Shown piece after piece: positions 26,110-32,000 of a stretch of 32,000 bases of DNA. The DNA lies in assembly GCA_964496765.1 (NCBI GenBank), contig CAZCAP010000005.1:1-32000 (forward strand). Direction: 5' to 3'. Under the pieces are notes generated by a model. It was not told the origin of the DNA, made no database searches, and was given only the letters and a program-made list of their open reading frames with translations. How positions within the stretch are numbered: position 1 is the stretch's first letter; every line of letters starts with the position of its first letter. Source of the DNA: an uncultured archaeon (GTDB taxonomy: Archaea; Iainarchaeota; Iainarchaeia; Iainarchaeales; CSSED10-239). The translations under genes and the position numbers were made by a program.

Positions 26110-28506
26110 TTATTTCCAATATCCTGGATGATATAATTCCATAAAATTATCATAGAAATACAAATAATAAGCTGTTTTTCTCATGCTTGCATAAACTGAC
26201 CAGCTATCAAGCTCTCCAGTACCATCATGTATTTTATATGGATAATAATCATTCACAGCTGGTATTCCTTTTGTGAAGTTCTTTGCACCAGAATCACTTC
26301 CGATCATGTATTGATAAAATGATCCAAATGCAGTATTTATTGCTAAATCTATACTCCCATTTGGTTTATCTATATCATCTATTCCTTTTGTTTTGAATTC
26401 TGTTTGAAGCTTATCTCTTGATTCTAGGAAGATTGCAGCAGAAAGTATTAATCCTTTCTTATGATCTGTTTTTGCATCATTAACAAAGTTCAAATAATCT
26501 TGATTACTTGTTATTGTAATGCGAGCATCTCTAACAAATTCAATTAATTTTGGATGTGAAGTTAAATAATCTATATTACTATTTCCCCAGGTATTTACAT
26601 TTACTTGCCCAACACCAAAAGAAACACCATCAGTTCCAACAGTAACTGTTTTATCAAAATTGGATTCTGATCCAATAATAGCAAACCAAATTGCATGTTC
26701 TTCTTCAGTCATTTGCATTTCAGTAACAAGATCATTCATATCTTTTATCACTTCATTATCTTTTGTAAAGTTTAAAGAATCATATTTTATTTTTATTGTC
26801 ATTTCTAGATTTGCATCAGAATCTTTAATAATTTGTCCAGGACCAGTTATCCCTGTTTGATTTATGTCGCTATTTAAATCAACCATTCTAAATGAACATA
26901 ATTTTTGATTAAATAAATCGCATTTTTCTGAGGTTGTTGGCTCTGGAGTTATTGAATCAGATATTCCACCAGCTACTCCAGGGATCCATTCAGGAAGTGA
27001 TCCACCATAGAATTTAATTAATTTTCTATTGTTTATTTTGTAAATATCCACATTGATACTATTTACATCATCTACATATACAAAGAAATAATAGTCATAA
27101 TCAGTTGGAGTTCCAACAAGAAGATAGTTTCCACTATTGATTGGTGATATTTGATTTAAATTTTGTACATTAATTGAGCTACTAGTTAAATCTATTTTTT
27201 TAGTTAGATTTTGTCCAATTTCAAAAGATGTAGACACAGAACTACAATTATTTAGAGTACTTGGAGTATTCCAATCAGTATTAATTTTGTTTGAATAATA
27301 ACAAGTATCTCCTGTTTTTCCAGAAACTGTAAATTGAATTGTTGCAGTATTTTTTGTAAAATAGCAAACATGATTATCACAAATATATCCGTCTCCACTT
27401 GCATTTACAGGAGTTAATGTTATGCCTGCTGAGGCTGGACCTGATGAAGGTGTTCTTGGTTGTGTTGTTGAATCCGGAGTATGGGCTGGATTATCGTTTG
27501 GAGAAGGACTAGTGCTACAATCACTAGTATCAATTGTACATTTCTCTTTATTACATTTTAAATTACCACTTGTGTATTTTGAATCGTATGAAACACAGGT
27601 TTTAGATGTTACCATATTATTTGCAGCCACTGGATTATTTAAATTATCTCTAAAGTAAATAGTACCATTTGATGAAACTTCACATTCTTCACTATATTCT
27701 AAATTACCATTTGCTACTCCAATACACTTAGAAGTTGTAGAACCTGGGTTTGTATTAGTAGTTGATCCAACTCTAATTGTGTAACTTGTAGCAAAATAGT
27801 TTGGAGTAGTAAATATCTTTGTCTCATCTGAAATTAATTGATAAGTATATCGACCAGGACTACTTTCTGATAACGCCTCCAAATTTGCATGACGCGTCAT
27901 ACTAAACATGGTTTTACTGTGCAACACATTATATCTTAATAAATAAACATAAAACACACCATTTGTCTTATCCTTATAATCATCAGAAGTTATATTTAAC
28001 ACCCCAGTTGATGGATCAAAAAAGTTATATCTACAAGAAATATCCGCAAATTTAATATCACTTAATCCCTTCTCTTTTAGTTTTGAAACTAAATCTTGAC
28101 GAGAATTTCCGCAATAGTTTTCAAAATTATTACTAGAAAATATAGTCAGTGAATTTCCAGTATAAAATGATTCTGAAAGGGTACTATCTAAAATAGATTT
28201 ACTTCCTGCATCTAATTCATTTGGGAAATAAATCACAAAAACAGATAATTTTGAATCATCATAAATTGTCCAAGCTACATTTATTATATTTGGCATATTT
28301 CTTTGCCACGAATTACCTAAATCTGTCTTAGGAATATTTGAATTTGTATAATTTATTACTAAATTTCCCGTGGTAGATGAATAGGTTCCATCTTTTATGT
28401 TTAGACGTTGATAACTAGCAGCACTTACAACTCCAAGATTTATTAAAAACATTAACGCAATTATTGCAAATAGAATATATCCTTTATACTTCATCTTTAC
28501 CCACAT
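26110..28506 (-). CDS. Large secreted protein with lysozyme/SLT-like C-terminal region
   Basis: Signal peptide MKYKGYILFAIIALMFLINLGVVSA; Pro/Ser/Thr-rich linker; EHAIWFAIIGSESNFDKTVTVGTDGVSFGVGQVNVNTWG near C-terminus. An internal ATG gives the likely signal-peptide start. Confidence 0.7.
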   Translation of the reverse strand: MWVKMKYKGYILFAIIALMFLINLGVVSAASYQRLNIKDGTYSSTTGNLVINYTNSNIPKTDLGNSWQRNMPNIINVAWTIYDDSKLSVFVIYFPNELDAGSKSILDSTLSESFYTGNSLTIFSSNNFENYCGNSRQDLVSKLKEKGLSDIKFADISCRYNFFDPSTGVLNITSDDYKDKTNGVFYVYLLRYNVLHSKTMFSMTRHANLEALSESSPGRYTYQLISDETKIFTTPNYFATSYTIRVGSTTNTNPGSTTSKCIGVANGNLEYSEECEVSSNGTIYFRDNLNNPVAANNMVTSKTCVSYDSKYTSGNLKCNKEKCTIDTSDCSTSPSPNDNPAHTPDSTTQPRTPSSGPASAGITLTPVNASGDGYICDNHVCYFTKNTATIQFTVSGKTGDTCYYSNKINTDWNTPSTLNNCSSVSTSFEIGQNLTKKIDLTSSSINVQNLNQISPINSGNYLLVGTPTDYDYYFFVYVDDVNSINVDIYKINNRKLIKFYGGSLPEWIPGVAGGISDSITPEPTTSEKCDLFNQKLCSFRMVDLNSDINQTGITGPGQIIKDSDANLEMTIKIKYDSLNFTKDNEVIKDMNDLVTEMQMTEEEHAIWFAIIGSESNFDKTVTVGTDGVSFGVGQVNVNTWGNSNIDYLTSHPKLIEFVRDARITITSNQDYLNFVNDAKTDHKKGLILSAAIFLESRDKLQTEFKTKGIDDIDKPNGSIDLAINTAFGSFYQYMIGSDSGAKNFTKGIPAVNDYYPYKIHDGTGELDSWSVYASMRKTAYYLYFYDNFMELYHPGYWK

Positions 28507-28592
28507 TTAAGTTAATTAGTTAGTCTAAAATATCTATATATTATATGGATACATTTAAAAAGGTTAATCTTGAGAGGAGAATAGAAAGAACT

Positions 28593-29180
28593 TTATTTGA
28601 GAATAGAAAGAACCTTCTCTTGTAGGTGAATAGGATATGCTGTTAAATATTCATTTAACTTCTTCTTATCTATCTTCTCTTTTATATCTTTTATAACTTC
28701 TTTTGAAAGAGAAGACTCTTCTTTATAATAAATAAAATCTATTAATGTCTTTTCTATGTCTGAAACTGGCACCTGTATATTATAATAATCTATAAAATCA
28801 AATCCAAAGAAGTATTTTCTGGTTATCCTATGGAGAACTATATTTCCTCCATCAAAAGATGATTTCACTCCAGATCTTACTTTCTTTGTAGTTATTATTA
28901 CTGGATTTGTTTCTTGCTCCCATAGGTTCCTAAAAGATAAGGCTTCTTGTAAACCATAATAAAATGGAGAATAAGAAAATCCAGAAACCATGATGTCTTT
29001 TGCAAAAGTATATTTACCTCTAGTTATTCTTATTATTTCTTTCTTTTTTAATAGATTATGAATTAACTTTTGTAAATACTCATTTGATATTCCTTTTTCT
29101 TTAAGTAATAGAAACAGATCTCTCTTTGAAAAACCTAGTTTATCTTTATATCTTTCTTTAATTAATTGTAAGTATTTCAT
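28593..29180 (-). CDS. AbiEi-family antitoxin / winged-helix regulator
   Basis: LGFSKRDLFLLLKEKGISNEYLQKLIHNLLKKKEIIRITRGKYTF; immediately downstream of AbiEii-like gene. Confidence 0.82.
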   Translation of the reverse strand: MKYLQLIKERYKDKLGFSKRDLFLLLKEKGISNEYLQKLIHNLLKKKEIIRITRGKYTFAKDIMVSGFSYSPFYYGLQEALSFRNLWEQETNPVIITTKKVRSGVKSSFDGGNIVLHRITRKYFFGFDFIDYYNIQVPVSDIEKTLIDFIYYKEESSLSKEVIKDIKEKIDKKKLNEYLTAYPIHLQEKVLSILK

Positions 29181-29193
29181 AATTATCTTGATT

Positions 29194-29859
29194 TTATATA
29201 TTAAATCTTCTTTTTAGTGCATCCAGCATTTGCTTTACTGTTGGAACAACACCTGTTAAAATTATTGATTTAAAGATTGGTTCATCAACAGTTGATAAAG
29301 GAAATAACTTGATTAGTTCAATTACTTGTTTTTTATATTCTTTATTATCTGAAATAAAATAACTTAAATAATAAACATCATAAATATCTCTAATTAATCT
29401 TCTATTAAGGTATGCGTTTGCTTTTTCAAGTAATAGATCTTCAACAGATAAGGTGTATATAGAGATAATACTTCCATCTATTTTTTCATATTCTCTAACT
29501 ACTTTTTTTAAAAGAATTGGATCTTTCTTTTTTAATATTCTTATTTCTACTCTAACATCGATTTTATTATTTGATGCTTTTGCAAAGATAACATTATCCG
29601 TTTGTTTGTATTTAATTAAATTTAAATTTATTTTTTCTAATGTTTGTTTTATTTTTACTTGGATATCTCCTTGTTCAACTAAATAAAAATCAAGATCTTC
29701 TGAATATCTATTCCCACCATAGCATCTCCATATTGTTGTTCCTCCATGTAATATTAAATCAGGTAGCACATCATAGAGATTAGTAATTAATTCATCTTGT
29801 AGATATCCTTGATCCTTATGATATTGTTTCTTTAGTTTATTTGAGAGAGGTAGCCTCAT
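29194..29859 (-). CDS. AbiEii-family nucleotidyltransferase toxin
   Basis: LILHGGTTIWRCYGGNRYSEDLDFYL, the GG(T) and SxDxDF nucleotidyltransferase motifs; SVEDLLLEKANAYLNRRLIRDIYDVYYL. Confidence 0.9.
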   Translation of the reverse strand: MRLPLSNKLKKQYHKDQGYLQDELITNLYDVLPDLILHGGTTIWRCYGGNRYSEDLDFYLVEQGDIQVKIKQTLEKINLNLIKYKQTDNVIFAKASNNKIDVRVEIRILKKKDPILLKKVVREYEKIDGSIISIYTLSVEDLLLEKANAYLNRRLIRDIYDVYYLSYFISDNKEYKKQVIELIKLFPLSTVDEPIFKSIILTGVVPTVKQMLDALKRRFNI

Positions 29860-29882
29860 AGTTTATCACAAATATATAAATA

Positions 29883-29913
29883 ACCAAAAGGTATATAAAA
29901 AGGTACTTTTGGT
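29883..29913 (-). promoter_or_regulatory. Inverted repeat around the TATA-like box of the AbiE-like operon
   Basis: ACCAAAAG (29883-29890) / CTTTTGGT (29906-29913), perfect 8-bp arms; 15-nt spacer contains TATATAAAAA (TTTTTATATA on the gene strand), about 35 nt upstream of ATG 29859. Confidence 0.5.
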
Positions 29914-30019
29914 CACCCACATGAAGAGACAAGACATAAATACTTTTATAAGTATTTTCTATCTTTATAATATATCTAAAGCAAATAATAGAGAGAACTA
30001 ATGAAAAGGATAGAATTAT

Positions 30020-31468
30020 ATGACTATTAAATTATATAATACACTCACAAGAAAAAAAGGAATCTTTAAACCTGTTGAAAAAGGAAAATTAAAGATCTAT
30101 GTTTGTGGTGTTACTGTTTATGATGAAGTACATCTAGGTCATGCAATGTCCTATATCTATTATGATATGCTTATTAATTATTTTAAACATTTCCACAGCT
30201 ATGATGTGCTATATGTTAGAAACATAACAGATGTTGGGCATATGACAACTGATGCTGATGGTGGAGAAGATAAAATAGAAAAAAGAGCAATTGAAAGAAA
30301 GATCCATCCAATGGAGCTTGTTTACAAGTATACCCATAGTATGTGGAAGAACTTTGATGCAATCAATCTTGATAGACCAAATCTTGAACCACAGGCATCA
30401 GCACACATTCTTGAAATGCAGGAATGGATTAAAAAAATGCTTAAAAATGGATTTGCCTATGAAGTAAATGGAAATGTGTATTATGATATCTCAAAATTTG
30501 AAAACTATGGTAAATTCTCAAACAATAATGTAGAGGACATGTTAAAAGATACAAGATTTAAGAATGATGAACAAAAAAAACATGCAGGAGATTTTGCTCT
30601 TTGGATAAAAGCAGAACCAAAACACATTTTAAAATGGCCATCTCCCTGGGGTGAAGGATACCCTGGATGGCATCTTGAGTGTTCAGTCATGGGAACCAAA
30701 TATTTAGGAGATAAGTTTGATATTCATGGAGGAGGAATTGAACACCTGTTCCCACATCATGAAAATGAGATTGCACAAAACTATGGATATTTTCAAAAAA
30801 GAGTAGTAAATAATTGGGTGCACACTGCTCTACTAATGGTTGATTCACAGAAGATGGGAAAATCTAAAGGTAATTACATAACCATAGAAGATTTCTTAAA
30901 AACACATTCACCTGAAAGCCTAAGATATCTTGTTCTCTCTGGGCACTATAGAAAACCACAAAATTATACAGAGAAAGCAATTACAGATTCAGAGAATGCA
31001 GTTGAAAGAATAAATAATTTTATTTTAAGATTACAAGATATTAAGAATGAGAAGGAAAGTAAGTTTGCAGAAGCAATCATTGAAAATTCAATTGCGAACT
31101 TTTCTAAACAAATGGATGATGATTTAAATACACCTGCTGCATTTGCTGAAATATTCTTTTTAATTAAAGAAACAAATAAGTTGATTGATACTGATAAAAT
31201 AAATGTTTCTGAAGCAGAAAAAATACTTAACTTTCTTAAAAAAATTAATTTCGTGTTTAAAATATTCACATTTATTAAGAAGGAAGATCCAAGCAAACCC
31301 AAAAAGAATAGAATCAAGGAACCAGAAATACTTGAACAGATTAAAAAAAGAGATGAACTAAGAAAGAAGAAAAAATGGGAAGATGCAGATGTTATTAGAA
31401 TGAATCTCCAGAAGAAGGGGGTTGTTCTTTTTGATAGTAAGGACGGAACCACCTGGAGATACGAATAA
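30020..31468 (+). CDS. cysS: Cysteinyl-tRNA synthetase
   Basis: YVCGVTVYDEVHLGHAMSYIYYD, PGWHLECSVMG, GGGIEHLFPHHENEIAQ, KMGKSKGN. Confidence 0.97.
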   Translation: MTIKLYNTLTRKKGIFKPVEKGKLKIYVCGVTVYDEVHLGHAMSYIYYDMLINYFKHFHSYDVLYVRNITDVGHMTTDADGGEDKIEKRAIERKIHPMELVYKYTHSMWKNFDAINLDRPNLEPQASAHILEMQEWIKKMLKNGFAYEVNGNVYYDISKFENYGKFSNNNVEDMLKDTRFKNDEQKKHAGDFALWIKAEPKHILKWPSPWGEGYPGWHLECSVMGTKYLGDKFDIHGGGIEHLFPHHENEIAQNYGYFQKRVVNNWVHTALLMVDSQKMGKSKGNYITIEDFLKTHSPESLRYLVLSGHYRKPQNYTEKAITDSENAVERINNFILRLQDIKNEKESKFAEAIIENSIANFSKQMDDDLNTPAAFAEIFFLIKETNKLIDTDKINVSEAEKILNFLKKINFVFKIFTFIKKEDPSKPKKNRIKEPEILEQIKKRDELRKKKKWEDADVIRMNLQKKGVVLFDSKDGTTWRYE

Positions 31469-31470
31469 AT

Positions 31471-31851
31471 TTATTTCTTTTTCTTGGATTTTTTTTCTAT
31501 TTTTTTCTTTTCCAATGGAAATACATCGTTTACACATTTCATACCATAATCAAATGTTTCTTTATCTAGATTAATTCCAATTCCTTTTCTTTCAAGCTCG
31601 TTCATGAATTCTCTCTTTGAAATTCCTACTAATCTTGCTCCCCCAGTTAGATCTAAATTGTTATCATAATAGGCTTTAATTGCGTTATCTAATTTATATT
31701 CATATACTCCTTTATCAAAAAACATTCTTGCAACTTCTGATTCAGTTAAATTTTTTTCTTTAGCAACCGCATAAATCACACTTAATGAACTATCAGACAA
31801 CCTATATGATTTTAATTTTTTTAATTTATATTCACTCATAATTATTTTCAC
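31471..31851 (-). CDS. UPF0175-like putative antitoxin
   Basis: LTESEVARMFFDKGVYEYKLDNAIKAYYDNNLDLTGGARLVGISKREFMNELERKGI; alternative ATG start at 31839. Confidence 0.65.
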   Translation of the reverse strand: MKIIMSEYKLKKLKSYRLSDSSLSVIYAVAKEKNLTESEVARMFFDKGVYEYKLDNAIKAYYDNNLDLTGGARLVGISKREFMNELERKGIGINLDKETFDYGMKCVNDVFPLEKKKIEKKSKKKK

Positions 31852-32000
31852 CCTCTATTACTTTTAATCCCCATAAAGTAAATCTTGAATTAATACTTTT
31901 TTTCAATTGTATAATTTTATCTCTTGCATCTTGTTTAGAAATTATATTTTTTCTATATAATATATAAACAAAATGAATACTAGTAAATAATCTTATCTTA
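31832..32000 (-). CDS. Partial CDS (C-terminus only), possible DUF3368/PIN-like partner of the UPF0175-like gene
   Basis: Manual minus-strand translation ...KIRLFTSIHFVYILYRKNIISKQDARDKIIQLKKSINSRFTLWGLKVIEGENNYE*; overlaps the start of the UPF0175-like gene. Confidence 0.5.
   Translation of the reverse strand, partial: KIRLFTSIHFVYILYRKNIISKQDARDKIIQLKKSINSRFTLWGLKVIEGENNYE

Noticed and set aside
30505-31452. Antisense ORFs opposite cysS (30505..30699, 30964..31452)
   Set aside because: Shadow frames of conserved CysRS codons; no independent coding support.

Overview
The window looks like a gene-dense, AT-rich archaeal chromosome segment. My placement as a DPANN lineage (Woesearchaeota/Pacearchaeota-like) is inference from gene content. 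The core consists of archaeal information-processing and secretion genes: SRP54, FtsY, prefoldin alpha, aIF6, L31e, L39e-like, S19e, RNase P Rpp21-like, DnaG, Hjc, Pth2, Kae1 and CysRS. It carries five minus-strand tRNAs: Thr-GGT, His-GTG, Gly-GCC, Leu-AAG and Val-TAC. Surface and secretion genes include three tandem class III-signal pilin-like genes, a GxGD prepilin peptidase, a transglutaminase-like protein and a lysozyme/SLT-like secreted protein. The accessory part is the most interesting: a compact 5.9-8.2 kb island (YhcG/DUF1016 nuclease, RadC, HicB, HicA) preceded by a GC-rich hairpin, an AbiEi/AbiEii type IV toxin-antitoxin pair, and a UPF0175-like gene overlapping a truncated gene at the right edge. 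Both complete toxin-antitoxin modules have a perfect inverted repeat flanking a TATA-like box. Other highlights are a bacterial/eukaryal-type TGT with a changed base-pocket motif, an A34 tRNA-Leu(AAG) in the same window as a CDA-family deaminase, a tRNA-Gly with C55 instead of U55, a cluster of four small ORFs (three absent from the supplied ORF track) of which two share an LL-K/R-KYYKK C-terminus, and a primase with an RG/N-rich low-complexity insert. No CRISPR array, rRNA or transposase was seen.
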